Source: Octopus bimaculoides (lineage: Eukaryota). Taken from it: a stretch of 46,171 nt of DNA. Within the stretch, counting starts at the first letter, position 1. Every line of letters begins with the position of its first letter. The translations under genes were made by a program, and so were the position numbers. The stretch is taken from assembly GCF_001194135.2 (NCBI RefSeq), contig NC_068981.1:88427412-88473582 (forward strand), read 5' to 3'. This document shows, piece after piece, positions 1 to 12,492 of this stretch. Under the pieces are notes generated by a model. That model ran no database searches, was not told where the DNA came from, and saw only the letters and a program-made list of their open reading frames with translations.

Positions 1-2655
1 AAACTAAATCTCTCTCTCTCTCTCTCTCATTTTTTTTTGTCTCTTTGTTTCTCATGCTCAACATTCAACCCAATATTACATGTATTCTGATCCATGCAAT
101 ATATATATATATATAAATACACACACATATATATATATATATATATATCATCATATATATATATATATATGTATTTATTTATATGTATATGTATATATAT
201 ATATGTGTAAAGATGTAGGTTCAGCAGCAAAGCAACAGGTTTGAGATGTCTCATAGCTGTGAATGGATAACCATGTATAGCTGAAGAAAGGCAACAGGAA
301 AGAGTTGGCGGGTGGGGGTGGGTAAGTGCACTGAAATAAATACCGGTAATATACTGAGTAAGTCATCATTGTTTCTGAGGAATAAAAAGTCAGTGAACCC
401 GCAGCTTGTGGTCCATCAGTTCAAGGAGAAAAAAAAAAGTTATTAATCAAAATATTAGCCTATCTGTTGTGATTGCTTTTAACAAACAATCTTTTGTTAT
501 GAATAGGCACAAAACCTTATGGGTAAAAAGGGAATAAAATTGGGGGAGGTTTATGCCCATTCAAAGGCAGTATTAATGTTTGTGAAGTGGCTTTGACTAC
601 AATTCTGACATGAAATTCATGGTACTGATGTCCCTCAGAATATAATGAACAAATCACTTATATGAACGAATGGAGAAGCATATCTTGTGTTTCAGAAGCA
701 CTTGTCCATTCATCATGTTTCTGCCTTTAGAAACATGAAATATAAAAACAGTTACCCTCCCAGCCTCTTCCTTCATGTATTAAAACAAATATATCATGGG
801 TGAACTAATCTATTACATATATATATACACACACTCTTACATAAATATACATATATATATATATAAATATTCATACATATATGTATTTATATATATTTAT
901 ATATAAATATATATCACAGATTAAGATTAAAAATTTGTGAGCGAACCCATAAAATAATGATTTTTGATATACGTTTCGTACCTTGCCTTAGTACTAAAAT
1001 GAAGAAAGGAAATGTGCAGTTGTGAGATTGATGCCTTTCTCAATGTGATGAAGGTCATTTTAATGAGTGAAAGTGGATCACAGACACACCATTGTGCTTG
1101 ATATGAACCATGAAATAAATGAGAACATATAAACAAAACTGAATGATAGAGAAGTGAAAAATAGAGAGTAATATTTGAATAGTTACATAAAATCACTTGA
1201 ATAATTATATTTTTCCAGTTAAAAAAAAAAAAAAAAAAAAAAATTGCAGCCAATTATTTGATAAGATTTTAAAAGGCAGAACTTGATTTCAAAATTTACA
1301 TTTAGATGAAAAGGCTCTCAAAGAATGTTGTAATGACCCAAAACTCCAAACAATAAGCCAGACCCAATTCCAATGCATGAAATGTGACAAGCAATTCATA
1401 TCTGAAATATTCGCTGTTTAGTGGGGGGAAAAAAATAGGAGTGATTTCTTAAAAAATAATTTAGAGATATTCAAATAGGTATGTCACCATTGTAAATTTG
1501 TATGTATGGACTACTCCAATAAAATATATCAATATTGATGGAAATTTTTTTTTCAGACCTTCATGTTTTCTTCTGGATTTTAGTAAATCAATGCTTCTGA
1601 AGCACTTTAGTTTGTATTTGTCATTAGGATATGTGCAGCCTTCTGAAGCTAGGATTTGAACTTATGAAACCTGTATTACATGCGGTAGAGTTATAACACT
1701 ATTTTCCATAATGCCAATGTTTTAAGCTCTGTGGCGGATAAGAACACTGGGCTCCAGTAAGCAATAAAGGTTTGTAAGTTAGATCCCAGATGAAGTATAT
1801 GTTCACTTGCTGAGAGAAATGAAACTGGCTGCACAGAACATTGTTACTGTTAAATTGCTTGGAAAATATTTCCATCAGTAATATTGATTAACCAATCTCA
1901 AAGCAACGGAAGTGAACAAAATTGCTCGATATCTATGTCATGTAATGTTTTGCGGAAAGAAGTTTCATATGAGCACACTAATACAAAACTTTATGCTTAA
2001 TACGTAAACTGTTTGAATTGATATGAAAGTTTCATATCTTTCCATAATGTTATGTTATAAAAACAAGTCCTGTAATTGCGAACAAAATAATAATAATAAT
2101 AAAAATAAAATAAAAATGCTATATATATTTTTTTAAAGGAACGTGTAGATATATAAATATACATATTTCAAAAATTGAAGTGAGTTTTCTTGGATTGAAT
2201 TTCTGGAGATCAAAGAAATACATTTTCCCCAATCATGTTCTTAATTCATTTTGTTTCTTTTCTAGGTTGCAGGAAAAAAAAAAATAAATAAAAAAGAAAA
2301 AAAGACATTAAAAACAAAGCATGATTTCTTTTTTAAATATAAATAATTTTCTATATAAAACAGTTACACAAACACATCAACATTACATCTTTCATACAGA
2401 AACTATTGGTTTAAGCATTTGATATTTCGGTTCTGTTTAAACATCTGGGACGGTTTATTAGTAGTAATTAAAAAATGGCATAAAAATACTGGTAATTTGA
2501 ATTTGAATAGTGACAACGTTAATTGCATATTTTGATAGTACCAGCCATTTGTCCACCTGCTGATTGCTGACGACTCAGTGATAAATTGGGAAGTTTTAGT
2601 AGCGAAATAGTTTTGAGCCAGCTTGCAACCAGAAATAAATCCATTAGATTGTAAA

Positions 2656-5600
2656 TTAATCTTTTCTAGACTTGTCACGTCTTCGTTTGGGGACATCTTG
2701 TGAATTAGAATTCTCACTGGCATAAAGCTCACGAATGAAACCAAATCGTTGTAAGAAGAAACGCCAAACCAAATACCAGCCTGCAATGAAAACAATAGAA
2801 AGAAATAATATTAAAAAAAAAGTGAGAACTTAGAACTTACTAAATGGTAAAAATTTAAAAGTTGTTGTTGTTTTGCCTGAATGCTAGACGTAACCATTCT
2901 ATTTTTATTTTTCAAATATTGCAAATTAAAAATAAAAACAATAGTTATTAATTTGGAACTAATTAGTACTGCTAAGTGGAGGCGCAATGACCCAGTGGTT
3001 AGGGCAGCGGACTCGCGGTTTCGATTCCCAGACTGGGCGTTGTGAGTGTTTATTGAGCGAAAACACCTACAGATCCACGAGGCTCCGGCAGGTTACACGT
3101 GCCTGTGGAGTGCTCACTTGCACATTAATTTCATGAGCAGGCTGTTCTGTTGATTGGATCAACTGGAACCCTTGACGTTGTAAGCGACGGAGTGCCAACA
3201 CAGTACTGCTAAGCCTTATCGAGTGGGGGAAATAGATGTGACTTGTGCATAGAGGAGCTTTACCAAATATTTACATCAAAATGCACATTAATTAATACAA
3301 GACACAAACAAGCCCTAAGAGGTTTACACAAACACAGAAGAACCTTTAAGAGATATATAAAGATAATTCTAGATACCCAACACCCCAGCAACCATTGAGC
3401 TTGAAACAAATAGAATAACATAACATAAACATAAAGATATTTAATAACCATCTTAATAAAAGAGACAAGTACCTCACCCAATGTATAACACAAATCATGA
3501 GCAACCCAACCAAAAAATGAATGTAAACAAACGTGAACCCTTCAATACAAGCACTACACTACAAATCAAAAACATAACACACACAATCATTAAAACGAAC
3601 AAAGAGCCTTACAAAATCAATAATCTCAACCATAACCTATTCTTAGACCAAGCCCTAACTTTGGACAGCGACTGGGGTGAAGTTGAGGTCATCAGCACAT
3701 ACCTATAAATAACAACACCCCCACCTCCCACAGAACACTAACTAACAAAAATTTATTTCAGTCAAGTCATCTCAAGGATGACCAAATAGATGGGCTCTGA
3801 TGAAGTTGCACTGACAATATTGCAAGGTTGCATTTGCAATAGTGAGTAGTCACTGTGACGGAAACACGTGTAGGTCGTTATAACAAGTTGTATATAACTA
3901 TAAAATAAATTTTGTGAATGTACAAGTCTCCATACTCTTTATTATTATTAATATTATGTATGTATATATATCTTCTTTTATTTGCTTTAGCCATTTGACT
4001 GTGGCTATGCTGGAGCACCACCTTAAAGGGTTTTAGTTGAAGAAATTAACCACCAGTACTGATTCTTTGTAAGCCTAGTACTTATTTTATCAGTCACTTT
4101 TGCCAAACTACTAAGTTATGGGGACTTAAAACACACCAACATTGATTGTCAAGCGATGGTGGTGATGAGGGGGACAAGCACAGACACCCATACGTATGGT
4201 ACTTTTTGGTTATCTCTTGCCATTAAAAAATTGGGTTATCTCCCCACTAAAAAACTGAGTTTATGTGGCAACAGGAAATTGGATTAAAAGAATCAGATCC
4301 TTTTGATTCAATACTTCAACACATTGTTGATGTTTGGCCTCCTCAGTAGGCATGCTATGATTTGTTATAAAAATATTATCAGATTCAATAAGATGCTTTA
4401 TCTTTCCACTTTTCGTGTTTATTAATTTTTTCATTTCTGTTTTTGTTTTATTGAGGGTTAAGCAATTATTTTAGTTGAGAGAGATGACCAAAGGTACTGA
4501 TATTTCTTGTAAAATGGGAGGAGATAGCCCAATTTTTTAATGGGAGTGATATAACCAAAAAGTACCATACACATATGGACTTTTGCTTAATATATATATA
4601 TTATGTACACACAGGGTGTGTCACCAATTTGAGAACAAAATTTTAATCTAAAGAAAACAAATATATTGTCAAGCAGTAATGGTGGAGAAACACAAAGACA
4701 CGCATACATATATATACGATGGGCTTCTTTCAGTTTCCACCTACCAAATCCACTCACAAGGCTTTGGTCAGTCCAAGGTTATAGTAGATGACGCTTGTCC
4801 AAGATGTCATGTAGTGGGACTGAACCTGGAACTATGTGGTTGGGAAGCAAACTTCTCACCACACAGACACACTTGTGCTTATGATAGGCTTCTTTTAGTA
4901 TCTGCTGACCAAATACACTAGCAAGCCTTCAGTTAGTCTGCAGCTATAGTTACTAATTTTAACAGGTCGAATCATTGCACAGAGGCTCTCTTGTTGACTT
5001 GTTTCTAACTGTAGCTTCAGGCCAACCCTAACTGAGCCAAATTCTGGCAATGTAGATACTTGATGGAATGATGATACTTCAGCTACAGATCTATTACATT
5101 TATATCAACCCTTTTAGTCTAAGGGCCATTCTGTAGACATCCCACTAGTATTGTAGCTAGTGAGCCTATTGACTGTACAATTATTTCTGTGAGTATGTGT
5201 TCCTTTTGTTTGTTTGGACTCAGTGGGAGAGCTGGCATTTTTATGATAATATTGTTGTAATGTTCTGGGGTGTGGCATATGTTTCTGGGTGTCTGGGGGT
5301 AGATTTTCATATAATAACAGGGACTGTGAGAATTTAAGCCTACTCCACTAAAAGACTGTGTCCCTCACTTATTTAGGTGGCTGTATATTTCTGGTATTTT
5401 TGTTTCATTGTTTAGGTGACCTGAGGGTATCTTATATAAATAGTACAACCTGTTATAATGTATAGTGTACTTTTTATGTTCTTTGACGGGCCCAGAGAGC
5501 ACTAGCATAGTCTATGATGGATCTAGTGTATCATCATCATCATTTAATGTCTGTTTCCCATGCTGGCATGGGTTGGATGACTTGACAGGAACTGGAGAGG

Positions 5601-8600
5601 TCAAGGCCTGTACCAGATTCCATAGTGCTTTGGCTTGGCTTCTACAGCTGGATGCCCTTCCTAACAGCAACCACTTTACAGAGTGTACTGTGTGCTTTTT
5701 ATGTGGCACCAGCACCCGTGCTTTTTATGTGGTACCAGTACCCACACCGATGCTTTTTGTGGCACCTTGGTTTTAGGACCCCAATTCTGTTGTGGTAGGT
5801 GGGTCTTTTTGCATATGGCAATACTCCAAATATCTTGATCCTCTGTCATTTTCCTGGGTCTCTCTCTTCCACAACTCCCCCACCACTTTAATTGATTGGC
5901 ACTTCTTTATGCAACCGTCCCCAACCATCTGCATCACATGACCAAACCAGTGCAGTCTCCTCTCTTGCATACTTCATCTAATTCCTCTTATGTCCAACTT
6001 CTCTCTCAATACACCATTGCTCTGTTGCACATGCACAACATCCAGTGGTGCATACCAGCTTCATTCCTCTACAACCTTTGCATATCCTCCACATTCAGGA
6101 CCCATGCTTCACTACCATGCAGCATCACAGTTCATACAAATGCATCATACAATCTTAGACCTTTTGCCAACAGAGTTAAAAGCTCTCTGAACTTTCTCCA
6201 GCATTGTTACTGCTTGTTTCTTGAGTCATATGTGGCACTTATGACTGCTTTAAACATGCTTGTACTCTGTTTGATGTGTTGTATTTGATGTTCTCTGGTG
6301 TTGCTCATAAGAAAGGAAAACAGTGGTTTTTGGTTGGTGCTACTTTAAAGCAGTTGTTGTGGAGCCAGATTGCCAGATGGTTTCAATGAAGTTGGAGTGG
6401 TTATGCAGTAGTGTTTGAAGAATGGTGGGAGAATGTTATGAAGCTTGTGAAGATGTGAGAATGTTGTATAGGTACAGGTTGAAAAGAATGGGTGAAAAGA
6501 TGGAGCCTTGTGGAAAATGAAGCTTCTAGAAGTGTATTTGTACATTGTTTGCTGGCTAGTGGTTTGTGTTGTTTCTTGAGGGAGTGCTGAGTATTTTTTT
6601 TGTATGAGTAGCTAGCAGAAAATAAAGTTTAAATCTTTATTGATGTAGATCAGGGATTACTCTCGTTACTCTTTTACTTGTTTCAGTCATTTGACTGCGG
6701 CCATGCTGAAGCACCGCCTTTATTCGAGCAAATCGACCCCAGGACTTATTCTTTAGATGCCTAGTACTTATTCTATCGGCCTCTTTTGCCAAACCGCTAA
6801 GTTACAGGGGACATAAACACACCAGCATTGGTTGTCAAGCGATGTTGGGGGGACAAACACAGACACACAAACATACATATATATATGCTTATATAAGATG
6901 GGCTTCTTTCAGTTTCCGTCTACCAAATCCACTCACAAGGCTTTGGTCGGCCTGAGAAGACACTTGCCCAAGGTGCTATGCAGTGGGAATGAACCCAGAA
7001 CCATGTGGTTGGTAAGCAAGCTACTTACCACACAGCCACTCCTGTGCCTGTATTCTCAACCATTTTTTAAATCCATGGATTACTTTGATTACTATTTTAT
7101 TCCGTTGGATCCCGATAGTTATTCAATGTTTAAAACCTAGTTTTATAGAAACTTGTTTCAAAATTCCTGTTTTGTTTTTCTCACATTAACTTGTGTTATA
7201 TGGACCTTGGTTGAGAACCACTGATGTAGATGGTAGTTAGAGTGGTACATATAGAAGAAATGTTTTTGTTGTTGAAGTCAAGTATTTTCTGTGTTAGGTT
7301 TGTGGACAATATGGTTGTTGAACAGTCATCTGAATCAGTGCTGTGTGTGTGTATGTGTGTGTGAGAGAGAGAAGGAGAGATGTGGGTTTGTGATATCAAG
7401 GATTAGCATATAGTGGTGGCTATAGAAGACAGCAATACCAGAGTTAGTCTGCAACAGTTGTTGCTCCTCTATGATACAGTCACTCATACTTCATAAATTT
7501 GCAGCCAGTTATTGAGTGAGTAAAGACACATCTATATGATTATTTGACCTGTTAGAATTGGCAGCCAATCTCCTTTGAATCTTAGCCTTATCATGTGAAT
7601 ACACTAGATAACGTTGTACTGAATATAAGTGCCAAAAAATAAACAGGGATGGTCATGGCTTGAATAATGTACATTCCACATGCACAGATTAGGAATTACT
7701 AAATGAACTGGATACATAAATTAGTACACGGTTTTGCATATGAGTTACTTGCATGTAATTTAGTTCATTTTCAGGAGATTTTCAAAAACAGATTTGTAAC
7801 TTTGACACAAAGCCATAGATTTAAGGTCAATCCCACTACTTCTCTGGTGGTATTTGTTCTACTGATCAATGAAAGATTACTGGAAAAGTTGACCTGACAT
7901 AGTTTGAACAGGACAGTCACAATAATACGACCTGCAAGTAATAGTAATGAAATCTTAAAACTTACACAATAGGAAAAAAAGAGACCCTACTCTGGGTAAT
8001 GTGAGGACAGGGTGCAGTGTGTCAGAAGTCATGACATGGTCATAAACATGAATACAGTGACAGTATTGGTATTAATAGGACATGTCGCTAAAGACAGTCT
8101 TAGTATTAACTTGTGACTGCATCAAATGAACTTATCTTCCTTTTCACTGCCAGAAATATTGCAGCATCCAACAGTTACTAACCCTGTATAAAGCTCTAGT
8201 GAGGCCCTCAATAGTATACTGCTCCTACATTTACACTGCTGCACATACAGATATCCTAGACTGTATTCCCTGAACAGGCACCCAACTTCTTAAAACTAGT
8301 TGATCTTGCATCACTTCCAATAAGATTCATCCAACCAGCTTAAAAAAGCCTCTCTTCCTGTCATCAACTATATTGTGACCCAACTTCCTCCCAAGGGCTC
8401 ACACTTTCCACTTCACTAAGTAACTCACCCCACCCAGCCAATGTCAGTCCTCTAGAATTCCAAGTTTTCCTTTCAGCTGCTAACTTGCAATTGTTGTTGT
8501 TGGCACTCTGTCACTTACGACGACGAGGGTTCCAGTTGATCCGATCAACGGAACAGCCTGCTCGTGAAATTAACGTGCAAGTGGCTGAGCACTCCACAGA

Positions 8601-11600
8601 CACGTGCACCCTGAACGTAGTTCTCGGGGAGATTCAGCGTGACACAGTGTGACAAGGCTGACCCTTTGAATTACAGGCACAACAGAAACAGGAAGTAAAA
8701 GTGAGAGAAAGTTGTGGTGGAAGAGTACAGCAGGGTTCGCCACCATCCCCTGCCGGAGCCTCGTGGATCTGTAGGTGTTTTCGCTCAATAAACACTCACA
8801 ACGCCNNNNNNNNNNNNNNNNNNNNNNNNNNNNNNNNNNNNNNNNNNNNNNNNNNNNNNNNNNNNNNNNNNNNNNNNNNNNNNNNNNNNNNNNNNNNNNN
8901 NNNNNNNNNNNNNNNNNNNNNNNNNNNNNNNNACATCTCACACAGACCAAACCATTAGAGAATATGTTTCTTTATTGGCCACACAGGGCTGAACACAGAG
9001 GGAACAAAATACAAAGTAGAGCTTTTCTTTTTGGGAAGAAGAGAAAAAAAGAAAACAAATAAAGTGGGTCAAATTCCGATCAAGAGGGATCGTGAAAAAA
9101 AAAGGGGTGGGGGCGATCAATAGGGATCGTGTATCACAGAAATGTCAATGTAAAAAAGGAAAACAGATTAGGCTCATGCGTGGAAAGAAAAGCCTACGGA
9201 AAAGACCACAGGAACCTTGGACAATAGTGTCATGCAAAAAAAAACATTACACTAAGTAGCTCTCTTTTTCTTTGGTTCCTGCTCAAGCTGGCTCTGTCAT
9301 TTACACGTGCCATCTTTGCTACATTCACCCATCTTTTTTTTAAACATTCACTAGACAAAACTTCCCTCTCTACTCTCACCTTCCTCTTCAAGTGATACTT
9401 GAAGAAGTTGATGAGAGATTGACCATTAAGAATAAAAAGATTTTTTTGTTCCACCAAACCTCCCTAATTGTAGCAAGCAGGGCCTTTGCAGGTAAAAGCA
9501 GTTTTTCTTGTCTTTGATTGACTAATATAATAATATGTTGTAAGTGGACAATGTCAACCAAAAAATGTTACAGTAAAAAGGATGAAAAGCAAATATCAAC
9601 CACTGTTAAGAGTTCAGTACTACAAGGATCCATCCTTTCACCCACACTTTTTAACCTACAAGACTATATATTATATCTCCCAGTATTTTCCTTAACTACT
9701 CCAACACCACTTACATCATCTAGAAACTTGGTCCCATCCAAATCAACTACCAATTCCACTGTCTCCTTTCTTTACAAGCACTGGCAGAGAACATCAAATA
9801 CAAACACAGACATAGCACAAACACACACAAATCAAAATTATACGTCCACAACATACTTAAAAGGCACGATAAAGAAATGATACACTATGATGTACAAACA
9901 ATACATTAGATCCATTAGAGACTACATTAATCCTATCTGGATCTCTGTTCTGCATTCTCTACACAATACCCACACTAAACTACAAAAGAAAGATATTACA
10001 CATCATAATAGGTCGTAAATATAACATATTCACAGATTAAAACACTCTGAAACACCACCTGTTTAACAAGCAAGGTGCACAATTTGTTAGTGCAAGTAAG
10101 CTTCAACGCCCACAATCCTTGTCATTAAATGAAAAACCACTTCCAAACACCCACACATATACAACACCCTAGGACACGACTATCATATTATCATAAAAAT
10201 GCTAGAACTCTCACCAAGTCCAAAATAAAAATTTCCAATAAAGTCTGTATATGGTTTTATATATTTCATATATTTATAAAACAGAGCAATAAAAATTAAA
10301 ACACACATATATGGCTAACAGGTTATGAAGAAGGAAATTGAATTAAAGGAAAATAGTGAAGCTCTGAGTTAGAAAGTAGTAAATACAAAGTTAACAAATT
10401 ATTTTTATCCACAAAAACATAATTTATTCCACTTAACGAACTCGATGTAGCAAAGAGCTACTTTAGGGTAACATACGGTGCTGTTCGTGTTTAACCCCAG
10501 GTTAGCACTATAAGTAGGTGGCAATTCCAGCAATGGTCGGTGTTTTCTTTTGGAATAGTGTGCCTCAGACAACATTGTCCTGTGGGTTCTCTATAAGATG
10601 ACGGGGTGTAGTTTCAGGGACATTTGTATGCTATTTCTAGCAGGTCGAGCGATCGCACGCGGAGGCTCGTTGCTTCATAAACATACGTTACTTTGCCGAT
10701 GTTACCAGTTTCAAATTCTCGAAACATTAATGATTGGTGTGATGTAATTTTGATGATTTTATTTCATAAACAAAGATAAATAAACTTCGCCAGCTGTTTA
10801 GTAGTTGTGGTTTAGTCCCAAGTCAGCTTAAATAAACAAAAAGGCGTCCCAGCAATGACCATCCTGTTATTTCGTATATCTAAGACTACGATTACAATAA
10901 TGTGGCCTTTGAAGACATTAATATGCGCTTTGGCAGAGATTGGGTTGCTATTTCTAGCAAATTGTGCGATCACTTAGAGACCTCTTTGTTGGCTTGTCAA
11001 ACATATGTGTTTGGTATGTGTGTGATTTCAAAGTAGATCAAACTTATAAGTGAGTGGGAGGGGATTATAGAGCCGGGAAAACCCGAAAATTTTCATAAGA
11101 ATCAGCCCAGGCTTGTGTTGTGAAGGTGTACACTATAAAATTTTATAACTTCCAGATAGAAGTAAATATAAAATTTATTGGCATAAGTATGTGCAGGTGT
11201 GTTAGAAATAAAGAAAACCCCAAACGTCACATGTATGGAAGACAATGTACAGACTGTATTGTGCGATGGTCGTTGTTTCATCCAAAATTGCTCCATTATT
11301 TTTAACCACGGATATATCTATTAGAGTCAATGTGATTATTTAAACTATAAGCATCGAACAAATGTCATATATTGAATAAAACATTAAGCGATCGAGACAA
11401 CAATGAAACCTCTACCAGGTCGCTCGATCTGCTAGAAATAGTAGCCAAATCACACCTTAAATTAGACCCTATCGTCTTAAATAGCACACATTGGACATTG
11501 CTGTCCAAGACAAAAACTCGAGTTAACCACAGCCGGAATGTCTTTGATCATAGATCTAATCGACCAAGGCTGACCAAGGACTAAAGAAACAACATATTAA

Positions 11601-12492
11601 ATAATAAAGTGGCCTGAGAGCTGATGGTGCAGAGGATTAACAATAATTTACAGAATTTAGTTTCGATTTAGCTTAGATCAACTTGGTAAAATATATTTTT
11701 TATATGTAACTTCCTACGATCGATAATTTAACAGAGATACGCTGGAGTAATTTAATCGAATATGTGTCATCCCGGCAATAATCACCCACGTGCTTAATGA
11801 ATTTTATCTTCAATATCAGGGATGAAAACTTTGAAATAACCGTTATTGATATTAACGGATTTCCCACCCCTAAACGTAATAACAGAATACCACAGAAATA
11901 ACGCCAAATACAATGATGTGAAAAGTACATCTGTACGCACATATATAGATATATGTGCATATGTTTCATCCATAAGGAAACATCTAGTTAAAGGATAGAA
12001 AAAATAACGATTACAAACACAGTCATCTTAAAACATTAGGGCAAGACAAAAATAATAATGATAAAAATGGAAGATTGCAGGGAAGAGGCGAAAGAATGAA
12101 AGTAAAAAAAAGTTTTTAAGTGAATTACCAATTGATGGAGAAGTTTGCTGAAACAGTTCACTTGAAAATAAATAAGGTTCGAAAGTGATCGATTAGTAAA
12201 ACTAGTAGACATTTAGTAAACATGATATAATAGATATAGAAAAATAATTTGTGCCATTTGTTTTCTTTTTCTTGTTTGTAAAATAAAAACAGAAGTGGGA
12301 CAAAAACGTAAACAAAACAGTAAGTCTGAACAGAACCATCCCAAACTATCTACCTACCCGATGAAAAAAGAGAGAAATGTACATATTAAATTGGTGAAGA
12401 GGGGTGAACTTACCTAATAAAATAAATAGTAATACTATGAAAAAACAAAAGACAAATACGCAGAAGGAGATGAAAGTTGTTTGTACAGTCAT
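2656..12492 (-). CDS. SMIM13: Small integral membrane protein 13-like. CDS complement(join(2656..2780,12414..12492)); 204 nt, 67 aa: MTVQTTFISFCVFVFCFFIVLLFILLGWYLVWRFFLQRFGFIRELYASENSNSQDVPKRRRDKSRKD
   Basis: Perfect donor AG|GTAAGT at 12413 and acceptor TTTTCATTGCAG at 2781. The phase-1 join makes GGC (Gly). A hydrophobic N-terminal helix is followed by GWYLVWRFFLQRFGFIREL, matching the SMIM13 motif as recalled (GWYFVWHLFLSKFKFLREL). Confidence 0.9.
2977..3201 (+). mobile_element. tRNA-derived SINE, internally deleted, (AAC) tail, 12-bp TSD
   Basis: TSD AGTACTGCTAAG at 2965-2976 and 3202-3213. A box TGACCCAGTGG (2988-2998) and B box GGTTTCGATTCC (3017-3028). Same family as 8491-8805. Confidence 0.9.
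3793..3876 (+). ncRNA. Type-I hammerhead ribozyme motif (PLE-associated) with extended stem II
   Basis: CTGATGA 3797-3803 and GAAA 3861-3864. Stem II GTTGCACTG/CACTGTGAC pairs at 8 of 9 positions, with an inner hairpin TATTGCAA/TTGCAATA. Stem III is the palindrome ACACGTGT, the cleavage site is UA (3871-3872), and stem I is GGCT/GGTC (4 bp, 2 wobble). Confidence 0.7.
4194..4570. mobile_element. Non-autonomous DNA element (MITE) with about 52-bp terminal inverted repeats
   Basis: GTATGGTACTTTTTGGTTATCTCTTGCCATTAAAAAATTGGGTTATCTCC at the left is the imperfect reverse complement of GGAGATAGCCCAATTTTTTAATGGGAGTGATATAACCAAAAAGTACCATAC at the right. No coding content. Confidence 0.75.
5527..6290 (-). 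mobile_element. RTE-clade LINE 3' fragment
   Basis: ORF remnant ERRLHWFGHVMQM, family 3'UTR (...CCAACCCATGCCAGCATGG...) and a (GAT)n tail. Confidence 0.8.
6667..7052 (-). mobile_element. Abundant tRNA-headed SINE (family A), full length
   Basis: tRNA-like head, internal CA/TA microsatellite and a GACTGAAACAAGTAAAAGAGTA tail. Partial copies lie at about 3975-4193, 4666-4882, 18355-18530, 20020-20160, 26560-26650, 31505-31670, 36865-36990 and 38690-38800. Confidence 0.85.
8491..8805 (-). mobile_element. tRNA-derived SINE (same family as 2977-3201); head lost in the N gap
   Basis: Highly similar to the 2977 copy on both sides of a 139-bp central segment, with a (TTG)n tail at the left end. Confidence 0.85.
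8806..8932. other. Assembly gap. Other gaps: 13025-13205, 19772-19819, 24768-25415, 29374-29579, 44450-44492
   Basis: Runs of N, mostly inside young repeats or microsatellites. Confidence 1.
9600..10240 (+). mobile_element. Degenerate non-LTR (CR1/L2-like) reverse transcriptase relic
   Basis: SSVLQGSILSPTLFNL resembles the RT motif GVPQGSVLxPxLFN. The strand is A/C-rich and has many stops. Confidence 0.5.
11405..11600 (+). repeat. Interspersed repeat family B (core GCTAGAAATAGCAGCCAAATC), probably SINE- or LINE-tail derived
   Basis: Related diverged copies at about 7530-7690(+), 10440-10680(-), 10790-11000(-), 23675-23880(+) and 35025-35205(+). Confidence 0.65.

Larger units (their letters stand above)
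2950..3950 (+). mobile_element. Penelope-like element 3' relic (GIY-YIG C-terminus, A/C-rich UTR, hammerhead), interrupted by a SINE
   Basis: Rejoining across the SINE gives ...LISTAKPY, then a frameshift, then RCDLCIEELYQIFTSKCTLINTRHKQALRGLHKHRRTF, resembling the PLE endonuclease tail (KPY..RCxLCxxEK..LLNxR..CxH). A hammerhead follows at 3793-3876. Confidence 0.7.

Noticed and set aside
2403-2795. 130-aa minus-strand ORF in the track
   Set aside because: It is the wrong frame over SMIM13 exon 2 and its 3'UTR. The real frame is fixed by the phase-1 splice and the family motif.
11794-11930. Possible alternative SMIM13 terminal exon (DVLFTSLYLALFLWYSVITFRGG...KIH*), in phase with exon 1; similar case near 11200-11320
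   Set aside because: The acceptor has no real pyrimidine tract, T-rich DNA gives hydrophobic peptides by chance, and there is no homology. It would need junction reads.
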